In this document: one piece after another, positions 1 through 12,120 of the stretch
How positions within the stretch are numbered: the stretch's first letter is position 1
Layout of the letters: each line of letters opens with the position of its first letter
Assembly (NCBI GenBank): GCA_030141605.1
Contig: JAQGDQ010000479.1
Coordinates: 62,001 to 126,000, forward strand
Source: Tubiluchus corallicola
Taxonomy: Eukaryota; Animalia; Priapulida
DNA: 64,000 nt
Reading direction: 5' to 3'
Made by a program: the position numbers and the translations under genes
The notes under the pieces: model-generated
Database searches by the model: none
Seen by the model: the letters and a program-made list of their open reading frames with translations, nothing else
Told to the model about the DNA's origin: nothing

Positions 1-17
1 GTATGACTCCTTTAAAG

Positions 18-80
18 ATCATCATCATCATCATCATCATCATACGCCCGTCACGTCTATTGTAGACATTGGGCAGGCAG
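18..80 (-). mobile_element. Possible 5'-truncated non-LTR retroposon 3' end with (GAT)n tail
   Basis: (ATC)n at 18-43 sits next to a small hairpin (gtctattgtagac). On the - strand this reads hairpin then (GAT)n, typical of RTE-type tails. Very short. Confidence 0.3.
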
Positions 81-304
81 AATTCTAAAATAAAAGAAAT
101 CTGCCTTCAGACAGGTAAACGCAGCAGTAATCCAGCAAAAAAAACTAGACACTGCTACGCCAGTGGCTGGGTCAGCACCACTTCCGTACTGTATCTTAGC
201 CATGTTTACTAGTTTGTTTATCTTATGAATGTGGGTAACGTCAGTACACGTGACGTAATGCGCGAAGCAGCTACATGGTCAGGGGCATAGCCAAGTTAGG
301 GAGC

Positions 305-929
305 AACTGCCTTTTTACATACAGGAGTTCGGCAGTTACGCTGTATAAAACATGTAAATTTAAACTCCCTCGATCACCGTTAGACGCAGCCATTTTCACG
401 ACAGGTCATTTGAAACAAATTTAGATAAGATTGTGTAAAGTTTGAAAAAATAATCAGAGCATTCGTAGCGCTCATGTCACTAACTAAATAAAATTTTAAA
501 TTACTGTATCTTGTGAATAAGATTAAAAATACGTTTTTGGTTAGTGAGTGGTGCACCCTGGAGGGTGCAGTAAAGTGACATTTTACCAATTGGTGAAAAC
601 ATTTTAAATAATTAATAATCTTCTTTTCTAGTTACATAAGTCTTTCTAGCAGGTAAGCGGAATGCTAAGTAGCATAGATTTGCATGGAAATTTTTTAAGA
701 CATATCGTAAGACATAGTTTAACATTTCCTTTTCTTTCCTTAATTTACGTTGTGCGTATATGACGTCATGTAATGGTGCAGTCGGAACAGTACTGCGGGA
801 GATTTAAAGTGAAGACAAACAAAAATTCCTTTCAATGCGTGTACGATATGTGCATAAAATTCCTATTAAGTAATATAATTTTTAAAGCGATTTTTCTGAA
901 ACCTACTTCAGGTGCCCCTTTTCTCGCCT
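305..929 (-). mobile_element. Kolobok-like non-autonomous DNA transposon (family A), partial copy
   Basis: Reverse complement of 17371-18032 and 41073-41729; ends ...ttttctcgcct followed by TTAA (930-933). Confidence 0.7.
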
Positions 930-1797
930 TTAAGTAATGACCTAATGGATTATGACAAAATTTAGTGTGAATACACTGTTAGTAATGAACAGCTTAGTGC
1001 AATCTCAATGGCTGTATTTGATATAAGTAACCTTGTTAATCCCTTATTAGGTTATTCATTGTAAATAAACTACATTAACCTGAGAATTTTGGCTTTAATA
1101 TGCAGACGTCCAAAATGTTAAAGCAAAACCGGACCCAATCTTAAACTGCAGGTCAAAACAATCTAATTTTTAAAATATTGAAGGGAAACACCCTATTTTT
1201 TCAAAAATGATTTACGTAAAAGAGTTATTACCGCACTAACATAATTTCACGTTCGCGCCACTACTTCTTTGCTGTTACTTGCATTTCGCCATTCGCTCGT
1301 TAGACGGGCACTAGTACCTGCATTTCGGAAAGATTTGCACAAAAACAGGTGCTGTACCTCTCAGGTCAGATGTCTCATGCGTGAACACAGCAATAAATTT
1401 AAAATTTGAATTCTTATCTTAATACATGCCTAGTTTTAGTACGTCACACTGAATATCTTACAGTAGCACTCTTACAGTTACAGTGCAAACACGTGCAACA
1501 CTCTCGTGGAATATTTTTGCTATCGAAAATTGTGTTAGTTTGTGATGTTATCAATAGTTGGGCTCGCCCGCCGTTAATTAAGTTTTTAATCTATTATTTA
1601 ATTATCAGAAACGCTTTTGCAGTATTAATTGTGTTAAAATGTATACTTTTTATCGGACTTCAAAATGGGGTAGTATATGAAAAACATCATGTTTTCTTTT
1701 AACAGTAACAATTACTTGATTTTTGCACATCATGTTTTTTGCTGAGAATGTTCTATTGTTTTAGTTCCATTTTAGCATCTAATTTTCTTTGTAACAG

Positions 1798-1975
1798 GTA
1801 TAAAGGAGGTTGGTGGTATAATAAATGTCACAGGGCTAACCTGAACGGATTGTACTTGCTCGGAGACCACGATTCATTTGCTGACGGGATTAACTGGTAT
1901 ACCTGGAAAGGGTACACGTATTCCCTGAAGAGGACGGAGATGAAGATACGGCCGTCTCATTTCCTGGATGAGTAG
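1798..1975 (+). CDS. Terminal coding exon of a fibrinogen C-terminal domain (FReD; ficolin/MFAP4/FIBCD1-like) protein; upstream exons not found in window
   Basis: Acceptor ttttctttgtaacag ends at 1797. Translation [19 protein letters not shown]...[26 protein letters not shown] is the canonical FReD C-terminus; TAG at 1973-1975. Confidence 0.93.
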
Positions 1976-2015
1976 CACTGTGAATGTAACCAATGGAGCT
2001 TTCAATTTTTAATTA

Positions 2016-2511
2016 TGGACCCGTAGGATCGGTTCCGAAATCCACTTTTAACTGTTGACCTGTAGGATCAGTTCCGAAATCCACTTTTAATTGTTGACCT
2101 GTAGGATCAGTTTCGAAATCCGCTTTTAGTTGTGGACCTGTAGGATCAGTTCCGAAATCCACTTTTAACTGTTGACCTGTAGGATCAGTTCTGAAATCCA
2201 CTTTTAGTTGTGGACCTGTAGGATCAGTTTCGAAATCCGCTTTTAATTGTGGACCTGTAGGATCAGTTTCGAAATCCACTTTTAATTGTGGACCTGTAGG
2301 ATCAGTTCCGAAATCCACTTTTAATTGTGGACCTGTAGAATCAGTTTCGAAATCCACTTTTAACTGTGGACCTGTAGGATCGGTTCCGAAATCCACTTTT
2401 AACTATAGACCTGTAGGATCAGTTCCGAAATCCACTTTTAATTGTGGACCTGTAGGATCAGTTTCGAAATCCACTTTTAATTGTGGACCTGTAGGATCAG
2501 TTTCGAAATCC
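2016..2511. repeat. 39-bp minisatellite, about 12-13 copies, just downstream of the FReD stop
   Basis: Unit cctgtaggatcagttccgaaatccacttttaattgtgga; explains the 13-aa repeat ORF 2013-2396. Confidence 0.95.
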
Positions 2512-2658
2512 TACCAATGAGAGTTCTTCGAGCAATAAGCTATTGGTTTTCAAATGATCCTCAAAGATAAATTTATTCACGTTTTCATGCATTTCAACGA
2601 CATTCAACTGCATTCGTATCAACAGTCTTTATTAGTGTCCACATGACCATGACTATAT

Positions 2659-3163
2659 CAGGGATGAGAATTTTCCGCGGATACGCGGAATTCCGAGCTT
2701 TTGGAAGACCAGTAGTGCCATTTTTGTAAATTGGGTAAATTCGTTGAGAAAATTTCACAAGCTGACCACTAGTTGGCAGGCCGTCACTTTGTTTACATCA
2801 CGTACATCAGTGTAACCACGTGTATATCTCTATGTATAAGAATATAGAATCAATTGTGCGGAGTTATCTCAATTGTGCAGAGTTACTTGAGTCAATTACA
2901 GACAGTTTTTATATACTTTTGCATAGGAGCGGCCAGTACTTAGGCGTTTTTGAGACAATTAGGTATCATGTATCCTTGATAGTTGGGTATTTTAAATTAT
3001 GCATGAAACAAGGTAATTGTTATTTCAAGTCCACTTAGAGGCTCTTTATGGTCATAAAATTGCAATTTGTTGCTGGCTCCCCTTGAACTCCATTGGGGGC
3101 CTAGGTGGCCCAAAACCCTCGATCTGTTTCAGAGTTTTTTACAATTTGTCATTCTCATCCCTG
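2659..3163. mobile_element. hAT-like MITE with 6-bp TSD
   Basis: 13-bp TIR CAGGGATGAGAAT / ATTCTCATCCCTG; ctatat directly flanks both ends (2653-2658, 3164-3169). Confidence 0.8.
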
Positions 3164-3785
3164 CTATATTCACTCTAAATAAATTGCACATTTATAGAAT
3201 ACAAACGTTATTAAAACTATAGAAGTATATATGTGTATGTAAGGTATGCTAAAATAAAAACCAGACGTTTGTTGCACCTGCTTTTTTGAGGTATTCCCAA
3301 TTTTTTTCTCAAAATTTTCTTGCACAAGCTTATATTTGCTGTACAAGGTGACTTTCAATATCGAATTATTTGATAAGAGGTAATGGAAGGTCGTGATTGA
3401 ATGGGGTAGATAATTGCGAAAGCGAATTGCCTCTGTCTTTGCACAGTATTCTTGCCCTCATCTGTCAGAAAATTTGGGAGTTGTCCTCATTTCCGCTTTT
3501 TGCGTTTTGATCCCGGGCTTCTCTACTTTCTCCGCCTTCTAATTCTGAAAACTATTTCATCATCTAACTCATCGTTTGGTGAATGTTTGCATCCAAATTG
3601 CATTGCTTTCTGTAAAAACCACGTCTGTCAAACTAAAATTGATCCGGTAGTAACTCAGGTTCACTTTGCAAAAGTTCTTAATCTGCATTTTGCACTAGTT
3701 AAATTTCCTTGTGTAAAAACAGCTGATGTTGCTGCCAAAACTTGGTTAAGAAAGACAGTTCAGATGCCACATCATTTTTAACATT

Positions 3786-4215
3786 TTGTAGTGGAGACTT
3801 GCTTTATGTAGTACAGTAGTAGAGACTCAGTTAATGTAGTACAGTAGTAGAAACTTACTTGCTTTATGTAGTACAATATTAAAGACTTGTTTTGTATAGT
3901 ACAGTAGTAGGGACTTACTTTATATAGTACAGTAATACAGACTTACTTGCTTTATGTAGTACAGTAGTAAAGACTTGGTTTATATAGTACAGTAGTTGGG
4001 GCTTCTTTTATGTAGTACAGTAGTAGAGACTTATTGCTTTATGTAGTACAGTAGTAGGGACTTGTTTTGTATAGTACAGTAGCAGAGACGTATTGCTTTA
4101 TGTAGTACAATAGTAAAGACTTATTTTATATAGTACAGTAGTAGCGACTTGTTTTATGTAGTACAGTAGTAGAGACTTGCTGTATTTGGTACAGCAGTAC
4201 TGACTTGCCTTATCT
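3786..4215. repeat. Degenerate tandem repeat, about 30-bp unit
   Basis: Recurring tgtagtacagtagtagagacttgctttta-like unit with indels. Confidence 0.85.
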
Positions 4216-4347
4216 AGCACAATTGTAGGAACTTGCTTTTTGCAAGGGATGAATGAGGTAACCTTAGCATTTTGTCTGTGATTTTTTTTAATGTACTTAT
4301 GGTTTATCACATATCTATGATCTGCACATACTTGATTTGATTTTCTG

Positions 4348-4689
4348 CTGTGGAGTATTGTGTTCATCATTGTCTTGTACCATTGTCACAATGCTCAACT
4401 ATTGTTGTGGAGTATTGTGTTGATCATTGTCTTGTACCATTGTTACAGTACTCAACTATTGCTGTGGAGTATTGTGTTGATCATAGTCTTGTACTATTGT
4501 CACAATACGCAACTATCCCTGTGGAGTATTATGTTGACCATTGTCTTGTACCATTGTTACAATACTCAACTATTGCTGTGGAGTATTGTGTTGATCATTG
4601 TCTTGCACCATTGTTACAATACTCAACTATTGCTGTGGAGTATTGTGTTGATCATTGTCTTCTACCATTGTTACAATACTCAACTATTG
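4348..4689. repeat. 57-bp minisatellite, 6 copies
   Basis: Unit ctgtggagtattgtgttgatcattgtcttgtaccattgttacaatactcaactattg. Confidence 0.95.
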
Positions 4690-5269
4690 AAGACAGAAAG
4701 AAACACATTTTCTTTTATGAAATAAGGAAAGAACCATGTTGAATTAAACAAGCATCTTGACATAAGATATTTAATTCACTATCACATTTACTTTGATACT
4801 GTGTTTATATCACCCATTGCTTATCACAGGTAATAGTTATACTGCGGTAGTTTAAGTTACAGTCTCGACTAGAGAGGAAAACATACGAAAAATTCTTCCC
4901 TTAATAATCAACCCATTTCAGTCATTATGTGGTTTACTTCAAGACCTAGTTAAGTGGCAATAATACTATCATCTGTTGTTTTCTGATGATGTCCATCGTA
5001 CTAAATAACTTAACATTTCTTTGTTATAGCAAAGTATAAAACAAGTGGGTCTAACACAATAAATTCGAATCAAAACACAAAATTACAAATGTACAAAGAT
5101 TACAAAAAGCCATATCATATGATTATGTGATCCAGATAAACACACTGTAAAACAACCATCTCTCATAATTATACGATCAAGATAGATTAGACACACTGTG
5201 AAACACGCTGTCACACATCAAACCAAATTGTGCACGTGACACATGGTCACAAAAGACAGAAATTAAGGT

Positions 5270-6206
5270 GAAACATCGTCACAATGGACAAGAATATCTC
5301 ACATGAAACATTGTCACAATGGACAAGAATATCTCACGTGAAACATTGTCACAATGGACAAGAATATCTCACATGAAACATTGTCATAATGGACAAGAAT
5401 ATCTCACGTGAAACATTGTCACAATGGACAAGAATATCTCACATGAAACATTGTCACAACGGACAAGAATATCTCACATGAAACATTGTCACAATGGACA
5501 AGAATATCTCACATGAAACATTGTCACATTGGACAGGAATATGTCACATGAAACATTGTCACATTTGACAGGAATATCTCACATGAAGCATTGTCATAAT
5601 TGACAAGAATATCTCACGTGAAACATTGTCATATTGGACAAGAATATCTCACATGAAACATTGTCACATTGGACAGGAATATGTCACATGAAACATGGTC
5701 ACATTAGGCAGGAATATCTCACATGAAACATTGTCACAATGGACAAGAATATCTCACATGAAACATTGTCACATTGGACAGGAATATGTCACATGAAACA
5801 TTGTCACATTTGACAGGAATATCTCACATGAAGCATTGTCATAATTGACAAGAATATCTCACGTGAAACATTGTCATATTGGACAAGAATATCTCACATG
5901 AAACATTGTCACATTGGACAGGAATATGTCACATGAAACATGGTCACATTAGGCAGGAATATCTCACATGAAACAGTGTCACAATGGACAAGAATATCTC
6001 ACATGAAACATTGTCACATTGGACAGGAATATGTCACATGAAACATTGTCACATTAGGCAGGAATATCTCACATGAAACATTGTCATATTGGTCAGGAAT
6101 TCCACATGGAACATTGTCATATTGGTCAGGAATATCTCACGTGAAACATTGTCATATTGGAGAAGGAATTCCACATGAAACATTGTCATATTGGTCAGGA
6201 ATATCT
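5270..6206. repeat. 35-bp minisatellite, about 27 copies
   Basis: Unit gaaacattgtcacaatggacaagaatatctcacat. Confidence 0.95.
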
Positions 6207-6283
6207 CTGATTTATTGAAAGCGTGTAACTGTTGCTAAGTTACAAATTGAGTTACTCGATGTCTGCGATTTTAGTCTCATCTC

Positions 6284-6887
6284 CAGTAGCAGCTTGTAGC
6301 TAAAATTAGTGGAGATGCTGCAAAATTAAAAATTTTTGCCCATTCTTTTAATGCTGTGTAAAACGAAACAAACATATGTAATTGTAATGTTGTAATTGTA
6401 ATGCTAAATAAACAAACAAAGGAATTTAAACATAACCTTGATAAACTCCTAAACAAAATATTGTTTTCTTACGAATAGCCTAAATTGTCACAGTTCAAGA
6501 ATACGCCGGTACACGGCTTTTAAGCACGTGACAACTGACAACACGTACTGCAGTGAGCGACAGTACTCTTTCTACCTAAAGTACAGCGTCTTATCTCAGA
6601 CATGTGCGCATGGACGCATGCGCACAACAGCCAAACACCACGTTGCTTGGGCTGCGAAGCAAATTGTACTACCCTCGCATGCTCCGGTTCCACACAAGTA
6701 TAAAAATAAGCACTAAATAAAAAGACTTATTATTTTGAATATTATCGATAACAATGAGTAAAAACATGGAGTGCTGCAGTATCACAGTAGTTATCCAAGG
6801 GCCGCCATGGATCATCACTGCACTTGTTCCTCTTGAAAGTGGTTCAGGACTAAACATCACTTGGATAAACTGCTCATAATTTTGGGC
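6284..6887 (+). mobile_element. Interspersed repeat family B (hAT-like CAGTGGCGG terminus), copy in putative SLCO 3'UTR
   Basis: Highly similar reverse complement of 15148-15737; only one terminus recognisable. Confidence 0.75.
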
Positions 6888-6934
6888 TTCAACGAATCCC
6901 TCTTCTTATTATTAGACCGACTTGTCAATCATTG

Positions 6935-7224
6935 TCATTGTTCTTGGATTACTGTCTCTGTTGTCCAACTTTTGCTCATTCCAGGTTTTCCGTTTTCTTC
7001 ATTTTCCACATCTCCGTAGAACCTCCCTTTCACTGTAAAGAGAGCCAACCCGTAGAAAATGGCTGCCAATAGTTTTATTCCAGCCATAGTGCCATGGATG
7101 AGGTAGCGAAGCCTGTCGTTGTCATAGAGGAGACAGTTTCCTCTTTGGTCACATTCATCCACGTTCCACAGGAGGCACGCTGAATCAATCACAGTCCCCG
7201 TGATGACAGGACCAGGCAAATAAG
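6935..7224 (-). CDS. SLCO coding exon 8 (terminal)
   Basis: Acceptor ttattttag; YLPGPVITGTVIDSACLLW...; TGA at 6937-6935. Confidence 0.92.
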
Positions 7225-10200
7225 CTAAAATAAATATGATATAGCATATAAATAATATTGTTTATAAATAACATATTGTGTACATGCATACAAATAAGCT
7301 CACAGACATTTATATAAAGATATCTTCAAAGGGTTGTAATGGTTGTCCTTTATTAAAATTCTTTCTCTTCTTTTCTGAGAACGTAGTACATGAGGTGATC
7401 GTCCCAACATCTTTTCAAGACGCTCTTACTATAACGACAAAACAAGAGAGCATTCAATAGCGATAGGTCTACAGACAGTCACGTTAAGTCACTATATGTT
7501 CCCTCGCTACTTCGCGGTTCGTTTTTCGCGGACTCGCTGTTTCGCGGGTTTTTGCGGTACTCCGTCTTTTGCACATGCGTAGTACGTACTGTACATAATG
7601 TATAGATTTGGCGAATTTTGCATAAAAAAATCACAAAATGTATAAAAATATATTAAAAATATTAATTCCAACATTAAAAGAACATTATAAATCATAAAAA
7701 ATTACCATTTACAGTAAATAGTGTATTTATTCGGCGGATGAATACACACCTAAAACGAAATGTAGTACTTGCGCTCGCTTAAGATGCTACTTGCCGACGT
7801 GACACTGTAGACAACACACGTTTGGTTGATTGATGGAAAGTATATAGTATAGCGTCCCTACTTCGCAGAAATTCACTTATGGAACACGCGAGATAAGTGA
7901 GGGAACACTGTACAGGCAAAAACTTATTTTGCTTGCTATTTGGCAGAATTTTGACATTATGACTGAGCAAGTGGCATAGTGGTTAACATTGCGAGTACGC
8001 TGCATGGCTACTAACCTACCCAAATTTTTCACGTTAGTCGTAAGTCATTTATTTCACCTTACACATTTACAATAATTACATATACAATATCTAGTGAAAG
8101 GGCCTACAATGGATATAATACAAATAAGAAATACTGCACAGGAAAAGCCTCAAACACTGTTCACTTATACACGAAGGTAAATGTGTTGCGGGCAATCAAA
8201 AAGCAGGGCTTGTTAGATTGTCCCACACAGTGATAGAAAAAAAAGTAATGGAGATAATCTGAAATTTTAAAGTGAATAGTGATAAAAAACATTAGTGCTT
8301 AAAATGGAATGATGTAATGAATGAAGCTCATATTTGGGATGATATAAAAGATAGAAAGACTAATATTTGTTAATAGTATGTAAAATTAAGATAACTTGAT
8401 TAAGCTAACATTTTGCACATTGACATTGATTTTAGTTCCTTTCAACTAAAAAGCAGTAGGTTTCCCGGCCAAGACAAGACCTGTCACTGGGCCATGTTTG
8501 GTGGTCATAATTTTGTTCTTTTTGATTTTATTGTAGACGTATCCCATGCCCACAAAACGTGATCAGACGTGTCATCTGTTGTTTCGTCACGTGTCGTCTT
8601 GTAAATGTTTGGTGTGGTAACAAGTTTGGTTGCACGATAAACAAGTTACTGTCTGCGCGCAGATACACGTGCAGATAGTACTAGCTAACTGAGTGCTTAC
8701 GACATGTATATAAATATATATGTTTATTGACTGATTAAGAGATAATCGAACATGATATTTTGGTTCAGTCCATAGTTCACTACAAAAAAAGACTTTTGAT
8801 CACATAACATGATCATTACTGTCCAAAAACAACTCAAGGGTTATTTACAAATTCACGATAAACACTTTTGATCACATAACATGATCATTACTGTCCAAAA
8901 ATAGCTCAAGGGTTATTTACAAATTCACGATAAACACTTTTGATCACATAACATGATCATTACTGTCCAAAAATAGCTCAAGGGTTATTTACAAATTCAC
9001 GATAAACACTTTTGATCACATAACATGATCATTACTGTCCAAAAATAGCTCAAGGGTTATTTACAAATTCACGATAAACACTTTTGATCGCATAACATGA
9101 TCATTACTGTCCAAAAATCACTAAAGAGTTATTTACAAATTCACATTATGACATTGGGTTTCCATTGAAAAATTCATGCAGATCATTGAAGTTCAGTTCA
9201 GTGTTATCTTCACGAAGGTGATTAGTAAGTGGACAGAAACAGATAACATGCTCTTCTGTTTGAATGTTTAAGCCAGGACAGGAGCATAGGCTGTCTTCTC
9301 TTTTTATCCTTGCCCATCTTCCAGTCTCAATAGTTAGATTATGTGAGGAGAGGCGTAACCGAGATGTGGAGCTGTTTAATCCTATGGAGCTCATTTACTA
9401 ACAATATCCATTGCCCTGACAGAAAGTTCAAAAATTACATAAATTAGTTTAGCATCATGAATGAATTTAGCAATTTCCAATTGGTAAATACTTACTTATT
9501 ATGCTGAGCACGAACGAGTTAACAGCCAAAGCAAGTGATTTCTGTTCCTCCTCCACGCATCTGTAATTAAAAATTCTTGTAATTAAAAACTCTCAAGAAA
9601 AACATGGCTTGATGTTGTGGAAATCGCTGGCATCTATTAGAATTAAATAGAACATTGTAGAATGTTCCATTAGAATAATCGTCTTACCTTGTAGAATGTT
9701 CTAGAAAGAAACTTCTGGAATGTTCCCTGGCACCCTATATAAGGTGAAGCAGGCCGCTGACAGACACACACAGATTTCACACGGACGCCACTTACACATT
9801 CTCTTGTACACTTGTATTTTCAGATACACTTAAACGTTTTCCAGATTTTCACGTTTACTGTAATCATTTTGCGTTCCTTCATACTTTTGTGTTGTAGAAT
9901 TCTCACTTAATAAACTAGTTTAACTTGATGAAGTGTTTTCTGGTTTTCTCTACGAGCTTTCCGAGAGAAACAAAACACAACACTTCATATTTCACGGTTT
10001 CATAACTCAGATGGTTATATTGGCTTAAATTCTCTTTTTAAATAAGATCAAAACCAAGTTCACTATTTGAAGGAGTGCAGAATTCTGTAAAAACTTGCCG
10101 TTCCTACTTCGTACTGTCACTTGAAACTCACAATGCTTTGCTGGGCGACAAAAGTCGATGGTGTGTCAGGTGTGTGAATACATTTAAGCGTGTGTGAATA

Positions 10201-11670
10201 CATTGTTGTGTCAATACTTTTAGCCTCTTACCTTAGTCGTGCCATGAGGCCAGCGACTGCAATGGGTGATGCCACTATGAGACCAACGGTCACGGTGACG
10301 ATAAATGGATAGACTGAGCTGCAGGCGTTCGTACACTTGCCATTAGTTGCCGTTGCACTTTTGTGTGACACACATAGACAATCTTCGAATACCTGCAACA
10401 GAAATAAACAACTATATTAAATAGGCATATATTAAAGAGTTAATTACCTATAAACAAATGTAAACTTTACTATAATTACAATTTATAATAGACTCCATTA
10501 GGTTCACTTTGCCACAAATTACTTATGTTTAATAATATTTGACACACGACCTACAATTAGTCCTGATGACTATGGCACACAAGCCTACAGACCTACAATT
10601 AGTCCTGATGACTATGACACACAAACTTACAGACCTACAATTAGTCCTGATGACTATGACACACGAACTTACAGACCTACAATTAGTCCTGATGACTATG
10701 ACACACGAACTTACAGACCTACAATTAGTCCTGATGACTATGACACACGAACTTACAGACCTACAATTAGTCCTGATGACTATGACACACGAACTTACAA
10801 ACCTACAATTAGTCCTGATGACTATGACACACGAACTTACAGACCTACAATTAGTCCTGATGACTATGACACACGAACTTACAAACCTACAATTAGTCCT
10901 GATGACTATGACACACGAACTTACAGACCTACAATTAGTCCTGATGACTATGACACACGAACTTACAGACTTACAATTAGTCCTGATGACTATGACACGC
11001 GAACTTACAGACTTACAATTAGTCCTGATGACTATGACACACGAACTTACAAACCTACAATAGAAAAAGCCAAAATTCACAGTCTCGAGAAGGAGGCAAA
11101 TAAAATCAGTTACCTTTGAGTTGTTGACACTGAGCATGGAGCTACAAGCAGCCATGCAAGGGCTGGCATAGGTAAAACCATCAGCTCCACATATTAGATG
11201 ATGTTGTGTGGCAGGACAGTCACAGACCGTGTTGCACTGCAGGTAAAAACTGAAACAAAAGAGTGAGAAGTAAAAATGTCGTGAAGCTCACGATTTCTTT
11301 ATCTTATTTTTATTAGTTCTTAATTATAATCATTAGTCATATTATTACATTCTCTTGTTAAACATTAAAAATCCCACACAAGAAAATTCAGCTATAAAAT
11401 TAGTCTATTTCTTTATATACAGTCTAAACGTTCATCCTTGAACTAGTATGCATAACATTTACCTTCATTGAATTGCTGGCTTCCTTGCTTCATGGAAAAA
11501 ACTTACCTGGTCAGTTGGCTTTCAGAGATCATTGAGTAAGCATGTGACTTAAACTGAGAGAGCAATGTATAGTGTTATTAATGATTTATATAAATAAAGC
11601 TCACCTGTATTTTACTTGAATTCTACCTGTATTCTAGTGTCTTAGCAATTACCTTCAGAACTTCTTCATA

Positions 11671-11720
<50 letters not shown>

Positions 11721-11723
11721 AGG

Positions 11724-11783
<60 letters not shown>

Positions 11784-11868
11784 AAGAGAGCAAAAGAGAG
11801 AGAGAGGGAGACAGAAAGAGAGAGGGAGAGAGACAGAAAGAGAGAGAGAGGGAAAGAGAAAGACAGAA

Positions 11869-11919
<51 letters not shown>

Positions 11920-12059
11920 AGGAAGGGGAAAGAGAGAGAGCGAGAGAGAGAGAGAGAAAGAAAGAGGAGAGGAGGAATGGGGAGAGAGGGAGAGAGAGAA
12001 AGAGTGAGAGAAAAAGAGAAAAGGTAAGGGAAAGAGAGAGAGAAGAGAGAGGGGGTGTA

Positions 12060-12120
<61 letters not shown>

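Noticed and set aside
10540-11060. Hammerhead ribozyme/retrozyme in the 42-bp repeat (contains CTGATGA)
   Set aside because: The second core box reads GAAC rather than GAAA, and no stem II can form between the boxes.
2013-11155. Repeat-protein ORFs 2013-2396, 4350-4742, 10529-11155 and 10539-11063
   Set aside because: They arise from minisatellites with unit lengths divisible by 3 and lie in UTR, intergenic or intronic sequence.
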